Positions 11,093 through 20,656 of a stretch of DNA of 64,000 nt are shown here, in pieces. How positions within the stretch are numbered: the stretch's first letter is position 1; each line of letters starts with the position of its first letter. Source of the DNA: Ostreococcus lucimarinus (Eukaryota); the NCBI GenBank assembly GCA_000092065.1, contig CP000591.1. One strand, given 5' to 3'. Made by a program: the position numbers and the translations under genes. The notes below the pieces were generated by a model that saw nothing but the letters and a program-made list of their open reading frames with translations, did no database searches and had not been told where the DNA came from.

Positions 11093-11263
11093 GGCGAGCG
11101 CGAGCGGCGAAGTGTCGCTCGCGAGCGGGACGCGAAGCGTCTCGGCGCGCGGGACTAATGGGCGGGGTAGCAATACAAAGAGGCGAATCGAGCCTCGCTA
11201 AAACACACAAATACGCAAACGCAACGCGGTGACGGTCGACGCGTCGATCGATCGGCGCGTCGA

Positions 11264-11746
11264 TCAGTCGTCCTTGGAGTACAGACGCTCGAGCGACGCG
11301 TTGATGAAATACCGCTCAGCCTTTTGCACGTCCAATCGACTGCCGTCCTTGCGATATCGCCCGCGCACGAGATTATACATCGTCGTCACGCGATTGACGA
11401 TGAACCATCCGTTGGCGCTCTCGTCGCCGTCCGCGTTCGTGGGCACTTCGATCGTCTCGCCGCACGCGATGTTCTTCGGCAGCTTGTGCAGTCCTAAATC
11501 CACCGGAGGGGGGGTGGCGACGCGCACGTTGTACGGCACGAGCTTTGGGCTCGATTCGCGCGCGCCCTGAGATTTGACGTCGTCGTTGGCGTCGCGTTCC
11601 GCGCCGTCATCGCTCGATGCGCGCGCTCCGACGGCGATCTTTGCGCGATGACGTGGAGGGAGGTGTCGATTTTTGAGTCTTTCGGCGACGCTCGCGCGCG
11701 ATGCGGGCGCGGATGGCGCGCGCGCGCATCGCGATGCGATTGACAT
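11264..11746 (-). CDS. hypothetical protein (possible organellar presequence + small beta-rich domain)
   Basis: The first ATG is at 11746 (the track start is GTG). The C-terminal ~100 aa (KLVPYNVRVATPPPVDLGLHKLPKNIACGETIEVPTNADGDESANGWFIVNRVTTMYNLVRGRYRKDGSRL) look like a real folded domain that I cannot name. Confidence 0.3.
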   Translation of the reverse strand: MSIASRCARAPSAPASRASVAERLKNRHLPPRHRAKIAVGARASSDDGAERDANDDVKSQGARESSPKLVPYNVRVATPPPVDLGLHKLPKNIACGETIEVPTNADGDESANGWFIVNRVTTMYNLVRGRYRKDGSRLDVQKAERYFINASLERLYSKDD

Positions 11747-11905
11747 GGTGTTCGCGCGTCGAGTGCGCGCGCGTGGCGGGGTGCGCTCGGTCACCGCGCG
11801 CTGCGATGTGACGCGGCGTTTCGGAGGGCGCGTTCGACGGGCTATCCTCGCGAAGCGAATAGAATTTCTATGAAAGTACACGCGTCAGGACGCGACGACG
11901 CTAGA

Positions 11906-13954
11906 CTAATCGGTAAACTGCGTTTTAGCCGCGACGTCGAGCTCGGCTAACGCGCGAAGGGCGGAACCGAGGGTCATGCCGTTCGAAGCGGCGCGGGATT
12001 TGTCGTCGCCGCCGACGGATTTATCGAGCTCGGCGCTCTGGTTCACGATGGAATCCGTAGAATCTTCCAACGCGGCGTCAAGGGGCAGCGGTCCGTCGAG
12101 ACTTCGTCGACGGAGCGTGCACGGGTTTTCGAGCAAGCTCAGCAGGTCCGCAGGGGTGTGTTCGACGTACGTCGCCGTCGCCGTCGCGTCGGCGTCGTCG
12201 ATGGCAAACGGGAACTCGTCTTGGTTGTCGATGGACTCGTCCGCGGCGTGCGGCGTCAAAGGCGACCCTGGTGCGGCGTCATCGCTCGCGCCGCTCATGC
12301 GTCGCGCGAAGTTGGAGACGCCACCGGGCGAGTGCGGGTATACGCCGATGACGTCGCGAATCGACGTGCCGAGGCTTGAGCTCGGCGACCAAGAGGAACG
12401 TGGAACGCTCCGAGGGTGCGCAAACGCCGCGCCTCCCGGGCTCGGAATTGGAGATTCAGGACACACGAAACCACCCCAAGGCGAAGGCGAACCGTGCGGC
12501 GCGGGGCCCGAGCGGCCGTCTTTCGGCGCTCGGACTCGCGGCGAGCACGCGATGGGCGCCGCCGTCGTGGGCGAGAAACCGATCGTCGTCATCGGCGAAG
12601 CCGGCGCTGGCGGTGGCGGTGGTTGCGCCACCGCGATCGAGGGGCTCGGCGCCCCGATGTCGTTCGCTCCTGGCGGTTTGGCGACGAAATCGTCTTTGTC
12701 GATGGATGTGCCGACGTCGATTTTCAAACACGACGCCATCGTCGAGCGTCTCGGCGGCGGACGCGGAGGTTCCACCAACGGCGACTCGATCGCGCTTTGC
12801 AGCGCATGTTTCGCGCCGACAGGCGCGGCGTTGAATCCGTATATCGGTGCCGGCCCGTTATTCGGCGCAGAACTCGGAGCGTTGTCGAATCGTTGATAAT
12901 TCGGGCTCGTGTAATCCGCCAACGGCACGACGGATGGGCTCACGGGAGGTTTCGCTTGTTGCTGAAGCGACCCCGACGATAACGACGCCGTCATTCCACC
13001 GCGAATCGGTGGCCGCGCGTTCGGCGACGGCGATGGCGAGGCTTCGTCGAAGAGTATCCCGCGCGACATCGGACTCGAATCCTCCTCGCGACGCGCGCGT
13101 TGAAGCGACTCGGGTGCGTCTGATTTCCCAGTCGGCGATGGCGAGAGCGACATTTCGCCGCCCGCGAGCGCGACGACGTCGGGACCGACGCTCGCGTCCA
13201 GGCGTTCGCACGGCGTCGGCGCCGTTTCGACGACGGCGACGCACTCGTCCTCCAACGCGCTCATCGCTACTTGGTCTAAAAAGTACACGCACGCGCTCAG
13301 TTTCCCGATGGACGTCGGCACGTCCGTGAACGCGTACGTGCGGTACCCCTCCGCTTTCCCCGGGTGCGCGCTCGCGATCGTCCCTCCGCGATCGACGTTC
13401 TTGATCTCAAAACTAAACCCGCCTCCTCCGCCGCCGTCTCGCGCGCCTCGTCGACGCATCGCTCGCAAGCGCGCGCCGTGCGCGGGAAGCGTCCGCAACA
13501 TCGCCACCACCGTGCGCACCATGATCACCGCTCGCTTATACACCACCGCCGTGTCCAAATCCTTGTTAAAATGATTGTTCCCACCGACTCGTTCTCCATC
13601 CGCGCCCGCGTGAAACGCCCATCGCTCGACGAGCGCGCGTTCGCCGCTCGTCGACGCGTCCCCCCCCCGTTCGAAATACACATCCACCGTCACCGCGCCC
13701 TCGACGAACGCGTCCACAGAATCGCCCTCCAGTTCTTTCACCGCGCGCGTCCCGCCGTCGCGCGCCGCTTCGTCGCGTTCCATCGCCCTCGTCGTCTCGC
13801 GTCGTCTCGCGCACGCGCAGTTGAACCACCTGTTCGCCTTCATCCCCCCATCCCTCGCGTCGCGCGGCGTCGCCGCGCGCGCGCGCGCGTCCAGCACGAC
13901 GTCCGCGCACTTCATCACCCACTCGCGCGCGATCTGTCGCGTGCGATCGCCCAT
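11906..13954 (-). CDS. ATG13: autophagy-related protein 13 (ATG13)-like, HORMA domain N-terminus + long disordered Ser/Pro-rich tail
   Basis: ATG at 13954. The N-terminal ~230 aa match the ATG13 HORMA pattern (QIAREWVMKCADVVLDARA..., ALVERWAFH..., DTAVVYKRAVIMVRTVVAMLRTLPAHGARL as in the yeast VYKKSIILLRSLYATVRLLPAYKL). A long low-complexity tail follows, as in ATG13. Confidence 0.5.
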   Translation of the reverse strand: MGDRTRQIAREWVMKCADVVLDARARAATPRDARDGGMKANRWFNCACARRRETTRAMERDEAARDGGTRAVKELEGDSVDAFVEGAVTVDVYFERGGDASTSGERALVERWAFHAGADGERVGGNNHFNKDLDTAVVYKRAVIMVRTVVAMLRTLPAHGARLRAMRRRGARDGGGGGGFSFEIKNVDRGGTIASAHPGKAEGYRTYAFTDVPTSIGKLSACVYFLDQVAMSALEDECVAVVETAPTPCERLDASVGPDVVALAGGEMSLSPSPTGKSDAPESLQRARREEDSSPMSRGILFDEASPSPSPNARPPIRGGMTASLSSGSLQQQAKPPVSPSVVPLADYTSPNYQRFDNAPSSAPNNGPAPIYGFNAAPVGAKHALQSAIESPLVEPPRPPPRRSTMASCLKIDVGTSIDKDDFVAKPPGANDIGAPSPSIAVAQPPPPPAPASPMTTIGFSPTTAAPIACSPRVRAPKDGRSGPAPHGSPSPWGGFVCPESPIPSPGGAAFAHPRSVPRSSWSPSSSLGTSIRDVIGVYPHSPGGVSNFARRMSGASDDAAPGSPLTPHAADESIDNQDEFPFAIDDADATATATYVEHTPADLLSLLENPCTLRRRSLDGPLPLDAALEDSTDSIVNQSAELDKSVGGDDKSRAASNGMTLGSALRALAELDVAAKTQFTD

Positions 13955-14353
13955 GACGGTCGCGCGGCGCGTCGTCGCCGCGCGCGCGAATCTCGAGCTG
14001 TCGCGATGTGAGCGCGCGCCGCGCCTTCACGCTCGCGCGCGCGCGCGTCGCGCGCCGCGCGCGGCGCGCGCGCGATCGTCGTCGGTCGGTGTCGCGGTCG
14101 CGCGCGTCGTTCGCCGCGCGCTCGCGCGTGCGGCGCGCCGTCCGTCGTCGCGCGATTCAAACGCGCCGTGTTTCAGCGCTTCAATACGGACGCGGTTCAT
14201 TATATATAGTATGACACTGTATGCACACACGCGACCGACCGCACGCGCGCGAGGGTCGCGCCGCGCGCGCGATTCCGCGCCGCAGCGCGCGCGCCGACGC
14301 GCGGGGGCTCGACATCGGCGCCGAAACGCGTCGCGGTTCCGACGCTCGCCTCG
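13955..14353. promoter_or_regulatory. extremely CpG-dense (CGCG)n-like divergent intergenic region between ATG13 (-) and TatC (+)
   Basis: Nearly 400 bp of almost pure alternating CG/GCGC runs (e.g. 14030..14110 gcgcgcgcgcgcgtcgcgcgccgcgcgcggcgcgcgcgcgatcg). No ORF with coding character. It sits between two divergently oriented gene starts. Confidence 0.3.
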
Positions 14354-15544
14354 ATGTCCGTGCGCGCGGCGCCGCGACGCGCCGCGACGCGCGCGACGAC
14401 GCGAAAGATGCGCGCGGGGACGCGCGCGCGACGTCACGCGATGCGATCGCGCGAACGGGCGACGCGCGAGAAGCGCTGGACGCGGACGCGCGCGACGATG
14501 GACGACGCGGACGCGTCGCGCGCGAAAGAGGACGAGGACGTGTGGCCGGACGCGGATTTCGCGACGGGCGAGGGCGACGCGAGGACGTCGGGCGAGGGCG
14601 CGAGCGCGAGCGAGACGTTCAAGACGTCGCTCACGGATGATCCGGCGTTCGCGATGGCGCTGCGCGCGGAGGAAGACGAGAGCGTGGAGATGGTGCCGCT
14701 GGCGAGCGCGGCGGTGACGACGGTGAAGGAGAAACGGACGTTCGTGGAGGCGCCGCCGGAGGACGTGCAGCGGGAACAGGTTCGGAGTTTTCTGTACCCG
14801 GGAGAGGATGAGCTCCCGGACGACGTGTCGATGACGATATGGGAACACTTGGAGGAGCTTCGAGAGCGCGCGCTGATCTCCGCCGCGGCGGTGGGGGCGT
14901 TGATTTTGGTGTGTTTCTGCTTCGCGAAGGATTTGACGATTTTCTTGGAGGAACCCGTCAAGTCGCAGGGCGTGCGGTTTTTACAGCTCGGTCCCGGGGA
15001 GTACTTCTTCACCACGGTCAAGGTGGCGGGGTACACTGGATTGCTCGCGGGCGCGCCCGTGGTGCTTTACGAGGCGATCGCGTACGTGTTGCCGGGGTTG
15101 ACGCTGAACGAACGCAAGACGCTCGGCCCCATCGTAATCGGGTCCTCGGTGCTGTTTTACGGCGGCATCGCGTTCGCCTACTACGTGCTCGTCCCCGCGG
15201 CTTTGAAGTTCTTCGTCGGCTACGCCGACGGCGCCGTGGAGTCGCTGTGGTCGATCGACCAGTACTTTGAGTTCGTCCTCGTGTTGCTCTTCTCCACGGG
15301 TTTGTCCTTCCAAGTCCCCGTGATTCAGCTCTTGCTCGGACAATCCGGGATCGTGTCTTCCAAGCAAATGCTCAGCGTTTGGAAGTACGTCGTCGTCGGT
15401 TCCGTCGTCGCCGCCGCGGTGTTGACGCCGTCGACGGATCCGTTCACGCAAATGCTCCTCGCGGTGCCGCTGATGAGCCTGTACCTCGGCGGCGCCGCGC
15501 TCGTCGGCGTCTTCGAAAAAGACCGCGAGGGCGAGACCGCGTAA
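14354..15544 (+). CDS. TATC: Sec-independent protein translocase TatC (chloroplast-type, with long N-terminal extension/transit peptide)
   Basis: The six-TM TatC core is unmistakable: [28 protein letters not shown]..., [32 protein letters not shown]..., [43 protein letters not shown] at 14354; the true start within the basic N-terminal extension is uncertain. Confidence 0.85.
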   Translation: MSVRAAPRRAATRATTRKMRAGTRARRHAMRSRERATREKRWTRTRATMDDADASRAKEDEDVWPDADFATGEGDARTSGEGASASETFKTSLTDDPAFAMALRAEEDESVEMVPLASAAVTTVKEKRTFVEAPPEDVQREQVRSFLYPGEDELPDDVSMTIWEHLEELRERALISAAAVGALILVCFCFAKDLTIFLEEPVKSQGVRFLQLGPGEYFFTTVKVAGYTGLLAGAPVVLYEAIAYVLPGLTLNERKTLGPIVIGSSVLFYGGIAFAYYVLVPAALKFFVGYADGAVESLWSIDQYFEFVLVLLFSTGLSFQVPVIQLLLGQSGIVSSKQMLSVWKYVVVGSVVAAAVLTPSTDPFTQMLLAVPLMSLYLGGAALVGVFEKDREGETA

Positions 15545-15630
15545 GCATAGCACGCACAACATTTAGCGCACCATTCATCAACGCTCCAAAGCATCGCTTC
15601 GCTTCAACAACGAACGATAATAATACAACA

Positions 15631-15697
15631 AACGAGCTACGTCGACTAAGCGGACGCGTCCAAAGAACGAGCTGCGTCGACTAAGCGGACGCGTCCA
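15631..15697. repeat. 32-bp direct repeat x2 (aacgagctRcgtcgactaagcggacgcgtcca), period 35 bp
   Basis: Copies at 15631..15662 and 15666..15697 differ at one position. They lie in the convergent 3' region between TatC and Rpp30, and the second copy overlaps the last codons and stop of the minus-strand Rpp30 gene. Confidence 0.6.
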
Positions 15698-16628
15698 TGC
15701 GTTCGACGACGCTGTCCGTCGCCGCGGCGTCTCTCCGACGTTTACACATCGCCAACATCGCGTGCACGTTCGTCGTCATCGCCGCCCTCGCCGCCTTTTC
15801 CGTCATCCCGAAAAATGTCGCCAAGTTCACCACGTCGTACATCGATCGCAACTCGATCGCGCGCTCCGCGCCGCTCGACAAGATGAACAGTTCGCGTCCG
15901 CCGCGCGTCGCCCGCGCGAGCGCGCTCGCGTTCGCGAAGAACCACATCCTCGAGTTCGAATCCCTCAGCGCCTCCCCGTAGCACAGCTCAAACGATATCC
16001 GATTCCCCGTCGCCGCCCTCACCGCGCTCGCCGTAAACTTGTACCTCAACCGCCGCCCCGCGCCGACGCTCACCACGTCCGCGTGTTTATTCGCGCACGC
16101 GCTCGCGAACGCCCGCTCGCTCGTCGGTTCCAGCGCCAGCACGTCAAACTTCTCCAGATCCTCTCCCAGCGCGAGCATCGCGCGCCGCAGCTCTCCCGGC
16201 TCCCCGAACGCGATCGTGCACCGCGCCAGCGTCCCCGCGCCGTCCCGTCCCTCGCTTTCCCTCACCGCGCGCGTCCGCGCCTCGAGCGCCGCGCGCGCCG
16301 TCGCGCGCTGTCGCTTTGCGTCGTCGCTCCCGTCCACGCGCGCGTCGATCGCGCACGTCCGGTACCCTGCGCGCGTCGTCGCTCGCGTCAGTCGCTTTTT
16401 CGCCCATCCATCCGCGCCTCCCCATCGCGCGTTCGCGTCGCGTGCGCGACGCACCGAGCGCGCGCGCGCGGTCGAGCGCGCGCGCCGTCGTCGCCGCGAT
16501 CGTCGCCGCGTCTCCCGCCGGCGCGCGCACCCGCGCGTCGCACGGCGCGCGCATGCGCGCGTCGCGCGATGCCGAGGGCACGCGTCGCGCCGCCGCCGCC
16601 GCACACGACGACGCGCGCGACTCGACAT
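15681..16628 (-). CDS. RPP30: RNase P/MRP protein subunit Rpp30 (Rpp1-like, PHP/TIM-barrel fold)
   Basis: Collinear with human RPP30: FDVLALEPTSERAFASACANKHADVVSV, ISFELCYGEALRDSNSRMWFFANASALARATRGGRELFILSSGAERAIELRSMYDVVNLATFFGMTEKAARAAMTTN (compare LYDVVAVFPKTEKLFHIAC...LAFELVYSPAIKD...VIISSAAERPLEIRGPYDVANLGLLFGLSE). ATG at 16628, but the Arg-rich first ~65 aa may not be coding. Confidence 0.65.
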   Translation of the reverse strand: MSSRARRRVRRRRRDACPRHRATRACARRATRGCARRRETRRRSRRRRRARSTARARSVRRARDANARWGGADGWAKKRLTRATTRAGYRTCAIDARVDGSDDAKRQRATARAALEARTRAVRESEGRDGAGTLARCTIAFGEPGELRRAMLALGEDLEKFDVLALEPTSERAFASACANKHADVVSVGAGRRLRYKFTASAVRAATGNRISFELCYGEALRDSNSRMWFFANASALARATRGGRELFILSSGAERAIELRSMYDVVNLATFFGMTEKAARAAMTTNVHAMLAMCKRRRDAAATDSVVERMDASA

Positions 16629-18261
16629 GCCGCTCGCGCTCGCGCGCGGCGCGCCCGCGCTCGGCGCGACGCGCGTCGCGCTCGAGCGACGCGAACGCGC
16701 GCGACGCGGCGGCGCGACGCGACGCGACGCGACGCCGCGCGCGATGGGGGCGATGGGCGCGACGCGCGCGGGCGATCGCGCGATGACGCGCTCGAGCGCG
16801 ACGCGCGGGTCGGGCGACGATTACGACCTCGACGCGGGCATCGCGGGCGCGACGCCGGGCGATGGATGGACGCCGACGTCGTACGACGGACGCGGGAGCA
16901 CGGGGGACGTGTACCAAGGGCCGGCGCGGCTGGCGGAGGGATTGCGAAGACACACCGTGCTGGTGTACGTCGCGGACGAGACCGGGATGATCAATCGCGT
17001 CGCGGGGGTGTTCGCGCGACGAGGGTACAACATCGAATCGCTCGCGGTGGGGCTGAACATCGACAAGGCGATTTTTACGATCTCGGTGATTTGCAGCGAC
17101 GGCGACGTGGGGAAGCTGATCAAGCAGGTGAATAAATTGGCCAAGGTGCGAAAGGTGGAGAACGTCACGGATAAGGAGTGCGTGGAACGAGGGTTGATGC
17201 TGCTGAAGGTGAAGTGCGAGCCCGAACAGCGGTCGCAGGTGCTGGAGATTAATCGGATTTTCCGAGCGAGCGTGGTGGACGTGGCGGAGCGGTCGCTGAC
17301 GATGTCGGTGGTGGGGGATCCCGGGAAGAATCGAGCGTTTCAGAGCGCGCTGATGAAGTTCGGGGTGATTCAAGTCGCGCGAACGGGGAAGTTGGCGCTG
17401 AAGAGAGAGCCCGTGTACAGCGAGGCTCGGTCTCGTCGAGTGAAACTCATGGAGGCGATGCGAAAGGCGAAGGACGCGGTGAGCGGATTAAACATCAAGG
17501 AGAAGAGCGCCAAGTACGAGAGCATCTTGGCGTCACGAATCGTTCGCGCGGTCGCGGGGATGGAACACGACGATGACGGCGACTTGCACGTCGGCGACGT
17601 GTACACGTCGCTCGAGAACGACGAAATCGGAGTGTGGGACGTCCCCGTGCTCAGCTCTTCCTTCTCGGGACTGGGGCACGGTAGCGACAAAGTCGACATC
17701 GACAAGATGGACGAAAACGCCAAGTACACGCCGCACACTATCTCTATTTTGGTCGATAACCGCCCGGGCGTGTTGGATTCCATCACCGGCGTGTTCGCTC
17801 GTCGCGGGTACAACATTCAGTCCCTCGGCGTCGGCCCGGAAAGAACTTTCGACATCTCTCGCATTTCCACCGTCGTTCCGGGCAGTACCGAAGACATCGC
17901 GATGCTGCTCAAGCAAATCTTAAAGGTGCCTTACGTCATCTCCGCCGAAGATATCACGATGACGCCGTTCACGGAGCGCGAACTCATGCTCATCAAGGTC
18001 GTCAGCTCTCGCGCGCAACGAGCAGAAATTATCGATTTGTGCGGCATGTTCCGAGCCAAGGTGTGCGACATCTCCGAAGACACCGTCACCATCGAAGTCA
18101 GCGGGCGCCAGCGTAAGATTAACGCCATTCAAGCGCTTCTCGAGCCGTACGGGATTCTGGAAGTTGCGCGCAGCGGTCGCGTCGCGCTCCCGCGCGATTC
18201 GGGCGTCGATTCCAAGCTCATGATGGCGATCGAGTCCGAAAGCGATCTCGACAAGTGGTAA
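16627..18261 (+). CDS. ilvH: acetolactate synthase small (regulatory) subunit, plant-type with duplicated ACT domains (chloroplast-targeted)
   Basis: Two ACT-domain repeats match the plant ALS small subunit almost residue for residue: RHTVLVYVADETGMINRVAGVFARRGYNIESLAVGLNIDKAIFTISV and HTISILVDNRPGVLDSITGVFARRGYNIQSLGVGPERT. ATG at 16627; the N-terminal ~90 aa are a transit-peptide-like extension, so the true start may be an internal Met. Confidence 0.85.
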   Translation: MPLALARGAPALGATRVALERRERARRGGATRRDATPRAMGAMGATRAGDRAMTRSSATRGSGDDYDLDAGIAGATPGDGWTPTSYDGRGSTGDVYQGPARLAEGLRRHTVLVYVADETGMINRVAGVFARRGYNIESLAVGLNIDKAIFTISVICSDGDVGKLIKQVNKLAKVRKVENVTDKECVERGLMLLKVKCEPEQRSQVLEINRIFRASVVDVAERSLTMSVVGDPGKNRAFQSALMKFGVIQVARTGKLALKREPVYSEARSRRVKLMEAMRKAKDAVSGLNIKEKSAKYESILASRIVRAVAGMEHDDDGDLHVGDVYTSLENDEIGVWDVPVLSSSFSGLGHGSDKVDIDKMDENAKYTPHTISILVDNRPGVLDSITGVFARRGYNIQSLGVGPERTFDISRISTVVPGSTEDIAMLLKQILKVPYVISAEDITMTPFTERELMLIKVVSSRAQRAEIIDLCGMFRAKVCDISEDTVTIEVSGRQRKINAIQALLEPYGILEVARSGRVALPRDSGVDSKLMMAIESESDLDKW

Positions 18262-18297
18262 CGCGAAATTTATCAATCGAATACAACAACACAGATC

Positions 18298-19227
18298 CTA
18301 CGCCTCGCCGAGCGCCCCAGGAAACAGGCGTAAAAAGTTATCGCCTCTAATATTCGCGAGGAGCGCGGGATCGTCGTCGCCTATTTGCCGCTCGAGCACT
18401 CGAACCGCGTCGGCGTAGCCTCCCTCCTCGGCGGTGACGAAAGGGTAGTCCGACCCCCAGATCAATCGATGTGGACCGAACACCTTGACGAGCTCGCGCA
18501 ATTGCGTCGCGGTCGAGTCGCCTCCGTCGCTCGTTTCTATGCGCACGCGGAAATGCGCCGAAACCTTCACGCTCACTTGTGGGAAGTCTCGCCCGAGCGC
18601 CTGTAACAACTCAAAGTTCGGATCATCCACGCCCTTGGTGAATCCGAAGTGATCGATCAGCACCGGCACCGTCGGTTCCGCTTTGAGAAGAGCGCGAATT
18701 TCGTCCACGTGCAAATCAAGTCCGTTGAAGCACATGAAACCCACCACCGCGGGCGGCGTTCGCGCCGCGCACGCGCGCATCATTTTTCTCCCTATTTCGC
18801 CATCCATACCCTTGCCATTCGGCCATAGCCCTGGATTGAATCGGACGCCGCGAAAACGTCCCGCGAGGAGCTTCTCCAACGCCTCGACGCCGGCGTCTCC
18901 CGCGCTCGGGTTCGCCAGACACATCCCCACGAAGCGATTGGCGTGCGTCTCCAACGCACGCTCTACGTACGTGTGATCGAACCCTAGGTTTATCGGTTGC
19001 ACGATCATCGCCGCGCGCACGCCGTTGGCGTCCATCGCGGCGATGAGCTCATTCGCCGCCCCGGGAACTGGAGGCGCTTTGCCGTCTTCGTACGCGAAAT
19101 CCTCCGCGCTCGGCCACACGTGCACGTGCGCGTCGATTATGGACGCGCGCATCGCGATGCGCCGGCTCGAAACGCGCGTTGAGACGGTGACGCTCGGTCG
19201 AACTCGCCTCGCCGCGGCCGCGAGCAT
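18298..19227 (-). CDS. metal-dependent amidohydrolase (Amidohydro_2/TIM-barrel hydrolase family)
   Basis: IIDAHVHVWPS near the N-terminus is the metal-binding HxH motif. Also NRFVGMCLANP, IDHFGF and IWGSDYPF are typical of the amidohydrolase-2 family. First ATG at 19227 (the track start is GTG). Confidence 0.6.
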   Translation of the reverse strand: MLAAAARRVRPSVTVSTRVSSRRIAMRASIIDAHVHVWPSAEDFAYEDGKAPPVPGAANELIAAMDANGVRAAMIVQPINLGFDHTYVERALETHANRFVGMCLANPSAGDAGVEALEKLLAGRFRGVRFNPGLWPNGKGMDGEIGRKMMRACAARTPPAVVGFMCFNGLDLHVDEIRALLKAEPTVPVLIDHFGFTKGVDDPNFELLQALGRDFPQVSVKVSAHFRVRIETSDGGDSTATQLRELVKVFGPHRLIWGSDYPFVTAEEGGYADAVRVLERQIGDDDPALLANIRGDNFLRLFPGALGEA

Positions 19228-19293
19228 GGTTATGCGGCTGCGCAGCTGCGGCGTCGAGAGGAACGCACTTCTCACGAGAGCGGTGAAACAGTT

Positions 19294-20403
19294 TTAAGCC
19301 TCTTCGATGAGCGCTAACACTTCCAGCGCGGTGCCTCGACACAGCGTCACGCCCGCGCCGCCGTGACCGTAGGCGTGGATGAGCGTCGCGTCCGCCGGGT
19401 CTCGTTCGCATCGAACTACGGTTCGCGAGGGGCGCAGACCGACGTTTGTGCCGATGACTTTCGTTTCATCGAGCTCAGGCCACAGCCGTTTACACTTCGC
19501 GATGATATCTCGCTCATCTGCGTCGTCTGGCTCGAGTGAATCGTTGTCGACTTGCGCCGTTCCGCCGAGAACCGTGCAGTCGGCTCGCGGGATCAAATAC
19601 GCGAGAGCGTTGGGATCGTCGTCGAATAATCCGTAGCCGCAATCTTGCTTCAGGTACACGACTTGTCCTCGCACCGGCTTGACGAGATCGTCGTTCACCA
19701 GGCGCCTCGCGCCGAGACCCGTGCAATTGACCACGAACGCTCGCTCGCTATTCGACGCGAACGCTCTCGCCTCCCGCACGTCTGCGAGCGTCCGCGTCTC
19801 AAATTTCACCCCCAGCGCTTCGCATCGCGTCCTGAGCCAAGGCAAGAATTTAGGCATCGCGATCACGGGCACGTCGAACTCGTATCCACCCGCGTATTTC
19901 TCGTCGTGCTCTCCCCGTTCGAGCGCGCGGTAGTGCTCCACCGCGTTCGCCCATCCCGCCGCCGGCGCCGGCGCCTTTAAAAATTCTCGACATCGTCGCA
20001 TCTCCACCCCGCACGCCCCGTCCTCGCGCGCGAGCTCGCGATACCACTCGTACGATTTAATCGCCCACGCGTCGCTCAGCGCCGCGGGTTCCGTGCGCAC
20101 GATGAACGGGAACCAAAACGCCGCCGCGACGCTCGACGTCGTCCGCTCGAACGACGCCGCGACGACGCGCACGTCCATCCCGCGCTCCGCCAGCGTCAGC
20201 GCGACCGTCAGTCCGATGACGCCGCCGCCGACGACGACCGCGGACGCGTCGCCGTCCGTCGCGTCGGCCCTCGCGCCGGCGCGCGCGCGCGCGCGACGCG
20301 CGACGGTTCTGGTCGCGCCGCGCCTCGCGACGTCCGCCGTCGCGCGCCGCGGCGCGCGCGCGTCGCGGCGCGACGACGCGCGAGGCGCGCCGCGCGCGCG
20401 CAT
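19294..20403 (-). CDS. DAO: FAD-dependent D-amino-acid oxidase family protein (DAO)
   Basis: N-terminal dinucleotide-binding motif VVVGGGVIGLTVALTLAERG and C-terminal HAYGHGGAGVTLCRGTALEV (the DAAO signature region). Trimmed to the ATG at 20403 because the longer ORF overlaps the divergent gene at 20657. Confidence 0.7.
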   Translation of the reverse strand: MRARGAPRASSRRDARAPRRATADVARRGATRTVARRARARAGARADATDGDASAVVVGGGVIGLTVALTLAERGMDVRVVAASFERTTSSVAAAFWFPFIVRTEPAALSDAWAIKSYEWYRELAREDGACGVEMRRCREFLKAPAPAAGWANAVEHYRALERGEHDEKYAGGYEFDVPVIAMPKFLPWLRTRCEALGVKFETRTLADVREARAFASNSERAFVVNCTGLGARRLVNDDLVKPVRGQVVYLKQDCGYGLFDDDPNALAYLIPRADCTVLGGTAQVDNDSLEPDDADERDIIAKCKRLWPELDETKVIGTNVGLRPSRTVVRCERDPADATLIHAYGHGGAGVTLCRGTALEVLALIEEA

Positions 20404-20656
20404 GTCGCTCGACGCGCGCCGCGCGACGCGCGACGCGCGCGACGCCGCGCGGTGATTTGTACGGCGTCGATCCAACGGCCGACGGCGGTCGACGACGCCG
20501 CACACGACGACGCGACGCACGGTCGAGCCGAGGCGACGCGCGCGCGAAGGACGCGCCGAGGACGCGCCCGTCGCGCGCGAACGCCGCGAATCGACGCGCG
20601 CGCGAGGGAGATCGACGACGCGAGGGCGTTGAATTTGAAGGATTGGATTCGTCGAG

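Noticed and set aside
13364-14848. A cluster of ORFs (13364..14011, 13821..14717, 14027..14848, 14221..14640) in the (CG)n region
   Set aside because: These are pure Arg/Ala translations of the CG-dinucleotide tract and of the TatC N-terminal extension in wrong frames. No start/stop context or composition supports coding.
15762-17373. Arg-rich ORFs 15762..17135 (+) and 16144..17373 (-) overlapping Rpp30 and the ALS small subunit
   Set aside because: They are alternative-frame and antisense translations of two genes with strong homology in their own frames. Products are >30% Arg.
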